This document shows, piece after piece, positions 1 to 12,213 of a DNA stretch of 64,000 nucleotides. The position numbers were made by a program, and so were the translations under genes. Numbering within the stretch: the stretch's first letter is position 1; every line of letters begins with the position of its first letter. The DNA lies in NCBI GenBank assembly GCA_900088475.1, contig FLMG01000529.1, forward strand, positions 1 through 64,000, read 5' to 3'. The notes beneath the pieces are model-generated. The model saw only the letters and a list, made by a program, of their open reading frames with translations, was not told the DNA's origin and ran no database searches. This stretch comes from Hyphochytrium catenoides. Lineage: Eukaryota > Protista > Hyphochytriomycota.

Positions 1-1216
1 GGCGGCGGCTGATGAAGACAAAGACTTTTCTCTTCCAGCAGCAGATGATGACAGAGATGATTGATGATCATTGTCGTCCGTCATCATCGCAAGATTGGCG
101 AGCAGGACTTGCACTTGACCTTCTTCTTTGGAGCGGGCGAAGGATACGCTTTGAGTCCAACCTCCTTGTACCTTTACCAAGGGAAGGGTTTCAGTCAACC
201 ATGCTGTTGTGTGCCTGCTGGCTACTACTAGCTGGCAGCTCCAGCACCTTGGTTGCTCCGCACACGAGGCATTTTAAACGTCGGTAAGCAGACACAATGA
301 TGGTGAAGCTGCGACAGGGGAAATCACTGGCGGACTTTGGGTAGAGGAAAACTGTCATTAGTCTGGCTCCTCGCTTGTTATTATCAAGTTTGTTATTATT
401 AGCCCCAGATGCTGCAAGACCTCGCCACCATCATGGAACCACCAGTTGAGCAATAATATTGCCCAAAGAGCTTGCAATAATAGCCGCCCCTCTAGTAAAC
501 GCAACGCATCTGATCAGTGTGCTGTGACTTGGCTCCAAGGATGGCTTCTCTTAGAAATATTGTCCAAACCTTGCAATATTACGTGACTCTTCTTCTTCTG
601 TGTTCATTCTTCATATAGCGGACGGCCGGGATCTACGGCGCAGAGTAATAGATTGTCGCGAACACAGTAGAGAAAGCTTGACCCATCATTGGCATTCTTA
701 TCTTCCTCAAATCTGCTGCTACCCATCAACTTCTCGTTCGGCTGTGTAAAGTCTTTGCATTCTAATCTACCTACTTATCCCTGCTGAACCACGGCAAGGA
801 ACTGCGGCGCAAGGCCGTTTTTGAGCGATGCCAAGAGGAACGACGAACTTACAATCAGGATCGCCGCACGATGACCTCACCGGCTATCATGGCCGGGCTG
901 GGTGACATAGATCTCTCTCAACCGCCTGAAGGTCCCACCCGCTCTACCAGAATCGGTGAGAACGCTTAACATTTAAGTGTCGCCATAGAATTTATATGTG
1001 GAACTGATAAGAGCAAGGCCAGCTAACGCGTTGCAGCAATAATATAAAGCACATAGACCAGAAATACATCTATTTAGCAATAAATAGAATAAATAGAATC
1101 ATCACAAGCCAGGAACGATGCGGAATCAGTCAACTGACTGCCGGCAGTTGGAGGGCACCGATGCCATCCCAAAGCAGGGAAGGGACACCAGTTCCATGAA
1201 GTTATGTGACACATGC

Positions 1217-4200
1217 TTATCTCCAGGAAGTGCGCCGGATTTCAGGAGATGTGCCTTTAGAGATAGGGCTCTGTGAGATGGTTCTGGGACTAGGCCGCTG
1301 ACGAAAGGGGCTAATGTCAGCCGCTAGTGGCTTCACGCGTGGCTTTCTAATGAAGCCGGTATTTGTGGCGCACTGGGTTGACTGAGGTGTGGGACTACTT
1401 GCACGCCGAGATCCCAGAAGTTTTTCTGCTGAAGATTTGCGCATTGGAATTCTGGTCGGACTCTCTGCAGGACGATACAGTCGAGGAGCCACCTTAGGCT
1501 CTTGCCTCGGACTGAAGCCTCCGGCGTCTGAGATACAATATTCGACCTCAATCGCAGGGCTGCGGGTCTTCTGGCTCTCCTTCTCGATTTCGGCGCCTTT
1601 ATTTCCATTGTCCATGCTGGTAAGCTCGTACTCAACGTGCGCTTTGAGCTGTGGAGCTGGAGATGTGAACACCTTCGCCGGAGAAGAGTCCTTCTTCGGT
1701 AAATCATCTATAATGATGACATCAGGAATAGAACTGCTGGAAGCAGAACGTGAGAAGGGTATGTTAGTCCTAATTTGTTAATAGGCTAGAAATGGATACC
1801 AACCTTTTCTCAGCGTCCCTCTCCTGCTTCTGCGTCTCGAAATAATCGGCCAACTCCCGGACCTGTTGCCGCTTGCGCAGCAGTGCAGAGACTGGAGTCT
1901 CTCGGTGTGGGGGTGGAGAGCCAAGGACAACTTCTACCTCCTCAGTTGATCCTTTTACAAGGGACTGTGCCATAAGAGTCTGCAGCTCCAGAACCTGTCT
2001 GCGAGTCTCCTCGGAAACGATAACGCTCCCCATGGAGCTCTCTGATCCCACTGAGTGCGCTCTACTGCGTGTCCCTTGCGTATCGTCATCCTCTTCGGAG
2101 TCTGGTGTATCGCCTTGATAACCCCTTTCGCTCTCCATAAAACTGCACAGGCTCCCGACCTCGCTTAGAGTTTCTGCCTCTCTTCGCTGATTCTGGCGGG
2201 TACTGGAAGGCCTCGAAGAATTATTCTCGGGAGAGAGTAGTAACGGAGGTCCGAATGCGTCGTCTCCCTCTACCGATCCTAGCTCGTCGTCAGGGTTGAA
2301 AGCCTGAGGAATACTCTCTGGCTTCCTTCCGTGCTGCGCATTTTCCTGTGGACATGTGCTTTCGAGTTCATCCATCGCCTCTGTGATCGTGATAACACCA
2401 TCTTGTGCTTCGCGAGAGTTTACTTCTTCTCCCGACGAATCAGCTTCTGAGGGTAGAATTTTCTCAACGCTGTCAATAGTTTCGGGGACTTCTGGTATCA
2501 GGGTCCTTTCCTTGATGTCTGTGCCTACCTCCTCAGGTCCAGGAGACGGTATCTTCACAGGCGACAATGGAGGTATCTTTTCACAGCTTGGAGACTGAGA
2601 ACGGGAAGGCATTACCTCTTGCTCCTGGCTGATAATTTCGGCTTTTTGATTGCTTTCCTCTATGCTATCTGAAAGGTCCTCCAGGTTCTGCTCAGTGCTA
2701 GATGACGATAAGCTTTCTACGTTTTCTTTGGCCAACTCATTCTCAGTATATATGGCAGGAGCCTCCACCGGCATGGACAGCTCCTGCTGCTTAGGGCTGT
2801 TGACAGTTGCCTCTAGTGAGGTCTGAGCTAGTGCGAGGTCCGTCTGCATGCTTTGATTAGTTGGGAAAAGCTGAAGCGCTCTGGTACATGTGGCAACAGC
2901 TTCAATGTATTTCTGCAAACGCGGGAACTTAGGCGGTCTGTTCGTCTATTTGAATGCCCTCTCAGTCAGTATTTACCTTGCGACGAACTAGAATAGTGCA
3001 GAGCCTCATCCAGGCTTTCTCGTATGTAGGATCAATGCCAATGGCTGTCTCGCAATCCTCCGTAGCATACTTTAGGTCTCCCAGCTGCAGAATTTCGATA
3101 GGGTCAGTATGACTGGGGCCGCGTATGTGTGCTATATTGTTCCACCTACCTGCATATAGCACGCACCACGATTGGCATACGCAACATGATCTGTAAATGG
3201 AAAAAAGGAGGTTTAGTCGATGGGGGTTCAAGATATGCAAACGCTAAAAGTGGATCGCGTTCTAGGTCCACGGTTGCTGGCACCGTCATAGACGAAGGTA
3301 AGAGAGGAACGGAGAGTGAGAAAGAGCACATCGCAATCAGGGTCCCTACCTCGGGGCCAGCTGTTTGGGCGGCTTGCATGAAGGGCAGCGTTAATGCGGA
3401 CAGCACTGGTATAACAAAGCAATGAGTCTTGATAGTTGCCTGGTACGATGGGTCACGTGAGTTTACTGTGGACGGTTGACACGTAACCATAGAGTATTTT
3501 GTAACTACCTTCTTGGTAAAACTCCTTGCCCGTGGACTTTAGCAGCTCGTATTCCTCCACTATCGCCTCCCTGACACGCAAAACGCTACTATGAGATTGC
3601 CGAACTCTTCCTCATGCCGGAACAAATTACTACTTTGGCAGCAAAGGCTCATGGCAGGATGAAGTTATGACGAAACCGGAGCTCTCTTACCGCGCTTCGC
3701 TTTTGAAGGGCTCAGTACTTATCATCGATAGCTGGTTGATAGCCTCCTCATAGCGGTGAAGGCGCAACAAGGCCTAACATGGAAAAAGAGCCACAAACAT
3801 TGAGACGATGGCTGGAGGCGTCGGCCCAGCGAGCTACCAACCTCGATGTATCCAGCGTAAAGCTCGTCCATGCCCTCCGTGCCTAGTTTCAACGACTCCT
3901 CCTGTCTCCCCATGGCAATTGCAAGGCCAATGGCAGCTCTATAAAGGAGTATATATATACACGAGTCAGTGACAGGTTCTGGTCAAAGGGCAACGGTAAA
4001 CGATAGAAGAGAGAATATCTGCCATGGGATGGAGATGGCAAATCGGGACACCTAAAGCTAGGTTTAAGGGCAAGCGAATAGACGCAAGACCCGAACGAAG
4101 GGGGTCTTACTCGAAGTCATCTGCAGCATTCTTGTGGTCTTTAAGCAGGCAGTTAACTGCCGCCCTCCTTGCCAGTAGGTCAAGGTGCAGCATACAACCG

Positions 4201-6174
4201 CGAACAGTCTTGTCGTCCTTGATTGCAGTCAAGGCTTCCGAGTATAGGCGCTATAACGGAAAGCGGAAGTGGAGAGCAGCGTGGTGAACAATGGACTCAT
4301 GGCAGCAAGGGCCGGGAAGGGAAACTTCACAAGAAAAGACTGTACCGCATCACTATGGTGTGTACACAAGATCAGTAAGCCGTTTACCTGGACTAAGACA
4401 AACTCCTGAGCCATCAGCTTGACATCAGCCTCAGTGACATATTCCATGGCTTTCTTAATGTGGCTGGGCGGAGGTGTCTGAACTGGCAAGGAGATACGAG
4501 GGTCCTCCCCAAGGTCCAACGGCTCAGCATCTGGAAAGTCGTCGAATGGTCGAGCCAAGGGGGAACCTGGAGTCAATTTAAACAAGCGAGACATTGAAGT
4601 GGGCAGAGCAGGTCAGTCAAAGGTGATCAGGGAAACCATTATTCAAGACCTACCGAGGGGCTCATCGCTAATCTCCGCAACTTCTCCGTCAGGAAATGTC
4701 ACTGTCCTCTTTTCAGTGTTGACCTCGTAAGAATCATTCACTTCCAAAACCGAAGTATCAGCCGCTGACTCTGGAGAAGTTTGGCCACGGATCGTGTTTC
4801 TGATAGCGTTAGCGAGAATAGCGAACACCGATCTCTCGTTCTGAACGACGAAATAAAGTTCATGAGAGGGTGTCCCTTGATAGTTATAGTCAGTCCCTGT
4901 ACCTTGTGGTTCCTAGACTCCTCAATCGCAACGTGGCAAAGCGGCAAGACGTCCAAGACTCCAATAGGAACTCTGGACCCTAGCCCCACCACTGGCAGAT
5001 GGCGGCAACTAAGCAGAAATGTAAGCGCCACACCTCCTTTGGTGAATCGGAAGTAGGGCTTACCCTGTGTTAAGCATGATACTAAGTGCAGCAGCAGCTG
5101 GGCACACAGGAGGAACTGTGATAGGGCTCTGCGTCATCACGTCCATGACAACTGTCGATTCAGCCCTGACATTCCGGGCAAACACCTTCTCTAGCCTGCA
5201 GATGAGAGGGGCTTAGTATGTGGGTCTGACAGAACAAAGACCGGCAGACAGTCATATAGGTGGTATAGCTGTGGCACTTACGCATCTCTTTCAGTGAAGA
5301 GGCCAATAATCTCACCGTCCACGTTGGTCACATTAACTGCTGTTATGCGCCATCGCGCCATATGATCCACTACTTCCTTAACCGACAGAGTGCCAAGCAG
5401 ACAGTAGACTGCTGGATCCTTATGGGTTGACTCAATGACTGTAAACCGGAGGGATACGAGTTGACATAGTGCATTTTGGACTTGTCCTGAAGCGTCCTTA
5501 CCTCCGGCAAGAACCGACAGGGCGGTCTGTCTTTGTCTTTTCCCTGCGCCTGCCCTAGAAAATGCGAGATTCACGATTCTTGCCATCGATCGCAGAATGG
5601 CTGGAGTCGACGTGCCGCTGGCTGCCTACATGATAGGAAGCTATATCAGGGCCGTGCCACAACATCTTAAACAAGCAAGGCGTTCTTACAATATCATGAC
5701 ACGTTGCCGCTAGGGCGGTTGCAATCTTGACGATATCAATGATCCTCTCAACCCTTCCTGCTTCGTCAATGATTGGTAGATGTCTGATCTTGTGCTTTAC
5801 CATGAGCCCTACAGCATACTCGATGCTGCTACTCACATGCACCAGATGTGTGTCTCGGGTCATGATCTCACTTACCGGCGTTGGCGTCGGCAGTGACTTC
5901 GCCATAGCCTGAGGTTATTCCAGGCGTTATTTTGCTTACTTCTAGACATATAGAAAGGGCATGTATTCACCTTGCGAACGATGTCGGCCTCTGTAACGAT
6001 GCCTTCAACATTGGTACACCGAGGATTATGCTCTGGTCCTACCACGAAGGCGGAGACATCTTCTCTGACCATCATCCGGGCAGCATCAAGAATAGATATC
6101 TCTCGGCTGATGTAAACCGGCGTCTGCATACTTGCAATCTTAATCTGGCACTCCTTGGTCTGTGCGGCGTCCAT
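1217..6174 (-). CDS. Multi-exon protein: four CBS domains, TPR repeats and a long acidic/Ser-Pro-rich disordered tail
   Basis: CBS motifs ILDAARMM..EGIVTEADIVRK, VSEIMTR..KHKIRHLPIID, IIGLFTERD, VMDVMTQSP..RHLPVVG. TPR motifs LKSTGKEFYQEGNYQDSLLCYTSAV, AYANRGACYMQLGDLKYATEDCETAIGIDPTYEKAWMR, KYIEAVATCTRALQLFPTN. The junctions I checked join in frame via GT-AG introns. The start codon is uncertain; the frame is open about 60 nt upstream. Confidence 0.75.
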
Positions 6175-7540
6175 CTTGTCTAGCTCTTCTCTAAAATGGC
6201 ACTCTGCGACAGTCTTTCGGTCTACTGCTGGGGCTCAGGCAGTCTAGATTGCCTCAACGAGGCAAAGCTATGTGAGGGTGGCAGCTATCAGGCCCCAGAC
6301 GCCATGGAGCTGATCTAGAGCGCGCAATCTCACTTATGGTAGCGAAAGGCTAAAAGAAGGAGCGACCGAAGTCTCGTCGGAAGAGAACGAGAACGAAGGA
6401 GAGCCATACCAACACAGAGGAAGTGTGGGCGCGAGATGGGGCTACGGAGCAGAAGACACCCAAGAAAGGCGAAGAGCTAGGAAAGAAACGGAGAGACAGA
6501 GTAGCGAAGACAGAGGGCGGAGGCCGAAGACAGAGACTCAGGCAGTGGCCCACGGAGATCAGAGAGAATTGAGAACGTACCGTTGGCGCTATAAGCGCTA
6601 CTATTATGTATGGCCTATTGATGACGCCTTCCTTGTGTCGGTTCGGTGGCGAGCTCGGGCTAACGGCTTCTGATCCAGTATTACCACGCCAACCTTCTCG
6701 CTTTTATCCTAGGATGAATGGCACGTCCCGCCATATTACTACGGCAAGGTGCAACGGTTCTTCCTTCAACGTAGGAACATTAACTATGGGGTTTAGGACT
6801 TTCTAACTCTCTAACAATATCTATGAGGTCTTGTCACACGGGAGGGAACATCATTAGCAAGAAGGCGGTCATTGAACTGTTGATGCTCAAGAGCGCTGCT
6901 GGGGGCAGTTACATCCTACGAAGGAGATCGCGGTCGTATCTTTCTCGGCCTTGCTTGCACTCGACACAGAGGCTTTCATACGAGGAGGGGCGAGGGAGAG
7001 GAAGGAGAGTTAATAATGAAGGGACGGAGCAATAGCCCCCAGGTGATTGAGGAGAGCGCGCTAGGGCTAGACGGAGGGGAGGCATCGATCCCACTTATTT
7101 GTAGACAAATGAAGATCTCGGCTGTTTGAACAGGATGGTCTCCTCGCCGTTTGCATACAGCCTTCTAGCACCACCAAGCCAAGCAGAGGTTCCAAGAAAG
7201 AATCAGCTTTTAATTGCGGGTCCTTTGTACAATGTAAGCTCAACGTGCAGGGAGCGCCAACGTGGACATGAGGCTGGACTGATGGCCTCAACTACACGAC
7301 TGAAGACCTAAAGCTTCGCTGCAAGTCTTTCGCTGAGCTTTTTTTAGAGGGTGTAGCAGCATTCTCCAAGAACAGGGATCCTTACCCCACACATGCATTT
7401 AGTCAAGCCAGGTACATTTAGCATGTTAATGTAGAAACTGCAGCTGACTCGGATCTCCGGCAGTCCCCTTTAAGTCACTTAAGACTGAATGCAGTGCCGA
7501 CTGCCAATAGATAAATCCTTCAACGTTTGGTGAAGCTAGA

Positions 7541-10500
7541 CTATTCGAACCTCGCTGTGACTTCGCTGAGCTCGTGAAGGAGCGCATCCAGCGTCTTTCC
7601 TCCATGTACCTTATTGTCTCTAGTTCGCACGTTTACGGTGCCTTCCGCCTCTTCCCTCTCTCCTACTACTAATATGTAGTTGTATCCTGCAAGCTGTGAC
7701 TCGCGAATGCGCTTCTGCAGCGTACTTCTGGGATGCATGAGATCTGCATAGAAGCCGTTGGCTTTCAGCTTCTCTACACATTCGCTCGCATACTTATCCT
7801 GCTCATCTGAGATTGGTAGGACCGCAACTTGGCGAGGGCTGAGCCAGAGCGGCCAGGCTCCGGCGGTATGTTCAATCAGAATAGCCATAAAGCGTTCAAG
7901 CGAACCATAAATAGCTCTGTTGAAAGGTAGTATGGAGGCAGATTAGCTATACTACGAGAGATTCGAAAGAGAGCCTGAAGCAGTACCTGTGTATAATGAT
8001 GGGCGCATGATTTTCACCGTCAGCCCCCTTATATCCCAATCCAAAACGTTGTGGGAGCTGGAAGTCCAACTGGATAGTTGCGCATTGGAACTCTCGATTC
8101 AGAGCATCTAAGACGGTAATATCAATCTTTGGTCCGTAAAAAGCCCCATCCTTGGGATTGAGCTTCCACTCCAAGCCAGAGTTGTTCAAGGCAAGTCTCA
8201 GTTGTTCCTCAGCGTCGTCCCAGGTCTCTATTGATCCAACAAACTTGTCTGGTCGAGTAGAGAGGAAAATCTAGAGAGCCACCATGATGAAAAGGCTACT
8301 CTGTCACGTATTAAGAGCTTTTCAAGAGAAAAGTCCTACCTTGAAGCGGAACTTGAATTTTGAGTAAACGCTGTTTATAAAATCAAGGCATCCTTTGATC
8401 TCTTCCTGGATCTGGTCAGCTCGGCAGAAGATATGTGCGTCATCTTGATGGAAACGCCTGACCCTTGTTAGACCAGACAAGGCGCCAGACGCTTCATTCC
8501 TATGGTACCACACAAAGAATGGTTCATTTTTAGAGCATGGTACCAAGTAGATCATTACCGGTCAATACCGGTGCAATGCCGAGAAGTCTGCAAGTCGGAC
8601 AGGAAGGTCTCGGTAGGAGTACAAGCGAGAGTTCTTGAAGATTAGGCAGTGTCCCGGGCAATTCATAGGTTTCAGTCCAAAGACTTCGTGTTCCTGTTCA
8701 GAGTTGTTTAGAACTTGGCTAACAACAGAAAATATAGGCGTGAACAGCTCCTGTCTTACATGTTCACTGTCTTCACAGTTGGAGCCATGCTCCTTTATAG
8801 CAGGGGTTACCATGTACATATCCTCTTGATAATTCTCAAGGTGTCCAGAAATCTGCCAGAGCTCCTGCAGCAACCATTTTCAGCAACCCTTTTTCGAAGT
8901 TGATCTTGGCAGATCATTCACCTTTTTGAAAATGTTCGGGGTTAAGACCTCCTCATAACCGCGTTTCTTATACTCTTCTCTCAGGAACGCGCAAAGCTTA
9001 TTGTAAATACGTGTCCCATGAGGCAACATAAAGGTACTGCCTGGGCTATATTGATGGAACATGAACAAACCCTGCGACTGCCCAATGACCCTTCAGGCGA
9101 AAAAGATTGGTATCTTTTGGCGTTTTTCGTTCACAGTGCTCCAAGGCTACCTACCGGTGGTCTCTCCGCTTAGCTTCTTCCATGTTTGTCTCCCACTCCT
9201 GGAGGTGTGATCTTTTGGGAAAGGCAATGCCATACACGCGTTGCAGCCTCTCGTTATCCTTTGAAGACTGTGCGGCGGAGCAGCGGATCAGCTTAGCCGC
9301 TCCAATAAATCCTGATAAGGGAAAAGCGTACTTTAGAGTAAGAGATTAGGAGCTGGAAAGAAGGGATGTCTGCTCCATGGTAGCAATGGGTCTCAGTGCG
9401 AGAGATCAAAGTTGTTCATGGAGATCTGAAATGCTGTAGGAAGCGGCATCGAGGCGTGCAGCAGGGGACTTTTCGCATGCAGCCCAAAGTCTATCACTTC
9501 CATAACCCAGTCATTAAGAGAGCTTACCACTATTGATGACATGTGGCCCTCGGCAGAGGTCAATGAAAGGACCACACCGATACACAGAAAGTTCCTGGTC
9601 TGATGGGATACTCTCAATCATCTGGTGGGAAGGCAAGTGAGAAAGGACCATATGAAGAGTTGAAGAGAGCGATCGAACCTCAATCTTGAAAGGATTGGCA
9701 GCAAATAGTTCCCTGGCTTCCTCTCTTGTTACCTTTGGAAAAAAATTTCTGTTTACATCTGCTGTACGCAAAGACAAAGGGTAGTACTCACTTAGGCATC
9801 AATACTGACCTGAAGCCTTTCAAACTTTTGCTTGGCCTTTACAAAGCCCTTGATTGCCTCATTGAGGGGGTCGAGATCACGCTCATGAACTGTTAGGTCA
9901 TCCAGCAGCTTCATCTCATAAAAGAACCCAGCTACTTTGTCGCGGAGAGCAGGACCATCGCACAGCTGTACTTTGTCCTTGAAGTACAGCTCCAGAGCCT
10001 ACAATGTCAGTTAGATAGATGCAAACAAAGATGTCCCGAGATCTAGCAAACCTGGCCAAGAAGATGTGCTGTCGAATGCCATAGCACTTCCTGGCCTTCC
10101 TTGGTATTGAAGCTATAGAATAGGCAACAAAACGAAAACCTTTTAGTCGTGACAACACTACGCCGAGGCAAAGGAGGTACTCACTCAAAAAACTCTAAGC
10201 TACAGTCAGCTTCTAAGGCCCGTGTTAGGTCCCAGAGCTCCGTGCCGTTAACTTTCGCTACAATGGGTTGCTGGAAGAGCCCTAAGGTACATGCAAACTT
10301 CGGCTAAGCAGTCTGCAAGGGAAAGCACAAGACGGAAGGTTCTGCACCTTTCCCCACAGTGATTGGGCTATCCTTAGATGCGACTGCCTTGACTTCCTTC
10401 CCGCCAAGCTGTGGGAAACATACTTTGATATCTTTCGCATCGTCTTCTGTTTTCTTTTCCTTAAGTTGGTCCCACAACTGCACTCTATCCTTGACGTATT

Positions 10501-10702
10501 GAGGAAGGCCTTCCGAGAAGGAGTTTGCTAGAGCACTTGCAAGTCGATGGGGGGCAGCAGTTGTCTGAATTGCAATCGAGTGTAGCGGTCCCTATCAGAA
10601 GCTGTCAGACCAATATCCCTTCGTTCTAGGGGCAAAGCTTATCAGAAATACCTGGCGTACCTGGTGAAACCAGCGACTTCGCCCTAGGTATTGCATCTTC
10701 AT
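7541..10702 (-). CDS. TARS2: Threonyl-tRNA synthetase, eukaryote type, with a probable mitochondrial presequence (multi-exon)
   Basis: [97 protein letters not shown]-terminus [17 protein letters not shown] is Arg-rich and lacks acidic residues. Confidence 0.95.
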
Positions 10703-11329
10703 ACAAAAGAGCCGATTTTTACGTCCACATACCTGCCTTCGGCTATGTCCCAGGTGTCGCCTCGCTGATGCCCAAGCAAACCCAACCCTATCGAGACTAC
10801 GAAGGCCTCAACGCGACTGGGCGCTGCAAGACAACCTAGCTCCTTCACCCTCAGCTCCCGGCAAGACCTACCGCTGTAGAGTGCCTGAGGATCAGAAGCT
10901 GACGGTCACTCGACAGCTTCGTGCATGATTCAAGCTACAGATCTATAGGTACTTGTAGATACGGCGACAGGTGGAAAACGCCACGGGTCATAAGGAGACA
11001 GTAGTTCGACCGGTTATAATAAGTCTGTGTGCTGCCTTGCCTTCCTCTGTTGGCTCTGCTGTGTTGATGATGTGATGATGCGAACCACAATCTCAAACCC
11101 AATGCAACCTGGGTCGCCCACCCAGCCTCTACCTCTACCCTATCTAGGATAAGAAGTTCTCAATCTCTAATACAAGAATAGTACTCCTGTCCTATCACTA
11201 TAGATCAAACTGAATTCTTAAAGGTCTTATGATTAACCTTACTACGTTGGGGGGTATTTAGAACGGCTGTCTAGGGTTTCAAGGTAGCCAGAGAGCGGGG
11301 CTAACAGCGACACAGAGGGCGACATAATA

Positions 11330-11645
11330 GGATGTGAGAGGAAGAGTGAAAAAGAGATATGGTGAGAGATGGGATCACAAACCACACAACAAAACATTAA
11401 GTACTACACGGGTTACAAAGGCTCAGGAACAAGAGAGTGACAGAGCAGAGAGAGAGAGAGAGAAAAAGACTAAGTGAGGAAGACTGAGATAGCGAGTTAG
11501 AACGATACAGTAAATCAGAGAGAAAGAGTGAGTGAGATACAGTTAACCAGAGGAGACAGAGAAACGCGGACAATGGAAGATGAGAATAAAGCGTATCAAA
11601 GAAACAATAGCTAGGAGAGACAGAGCCCGCGCGAGAGAGGACGGA
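11330..11645. repeat. AG-rich low-complexity tract between divergent genes
   Basis: Runs such as agagagagagagaaaaag and gagagaaagagtgagtgaga. Confidence 0.6.
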
Positions 11646-11940
11646 GTACGATCAGTCCAGATCAGCTGGTTGACCCAGGAACTACTAACGCAAGTTCGCA
11701 CCCAAGCTCGCCAAGTTCTTGGAGTAGTGCTTGAGCCTTGCTGTTGATGGTGCTTCCAAGCTCAACTCTGAGATCATTGAGAGTGAGAACTGGAAAGCTG
11801 GTTCCAAACTCAAGCGGGAGGCCATGCGCCCAGAGTTCTACACGTCCTAAAGATCTAAGAGCATCTCCAGCGTAGGGTTGTAGGCTTGGAATGGCGACAA
11901 TGTCCGTATAGCTGCCTTCTCCTTCAGGCATTTGAGTGCC

Positions 11941-12006
11941 TGCTCCTGTGCGAAGTACTTGGAGTTGACTCTGTGCTCCTGTGCGAAGCACTTGGAGTTG
12001 ACTCTG
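11941..12006. repeat. 33-bp tandem duplication (2 copies)
   Basis: tgctcctgtgcgaagYacttggagttgactctg x2 with one mismatch. Confidence 0.9.
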
Positions 12007-12213
12007 TTTGGCTGGCCATACCCTACATCTGGGCCTCTGCTAGGTTTGGCGCCAAGCATAAGAGGAGAAGAGGTTGAGGCTAATGGACATTGTTCACGGG
12101 CAGGAGGACAATGAATAGTGACCGAACGAGTTCCTCAGAGGAGAACACGCTTAATAGTACGCTATTTGAGTTCCTTCATGCTTCTGTTGCCTATATTGAC
12201 TTCTCTCGCAGGT

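Noticed and set aside
12-287. 91-aa ORF
   Set aside because: No recognisable features. An alternative frame (AAADEDKD..RDD*) might be the tail of an upstream gene but cannot be supported.
9313-9527. C/D snoRNA in the long ThrRS intron
   Set aside because: A CTGA and a short terminal stem are present, but there is no convincing box C.
11662-12114. Overlapping short ORFs
   Set aside because: Explained by a tandem duplication in non-coding upstream DNA.
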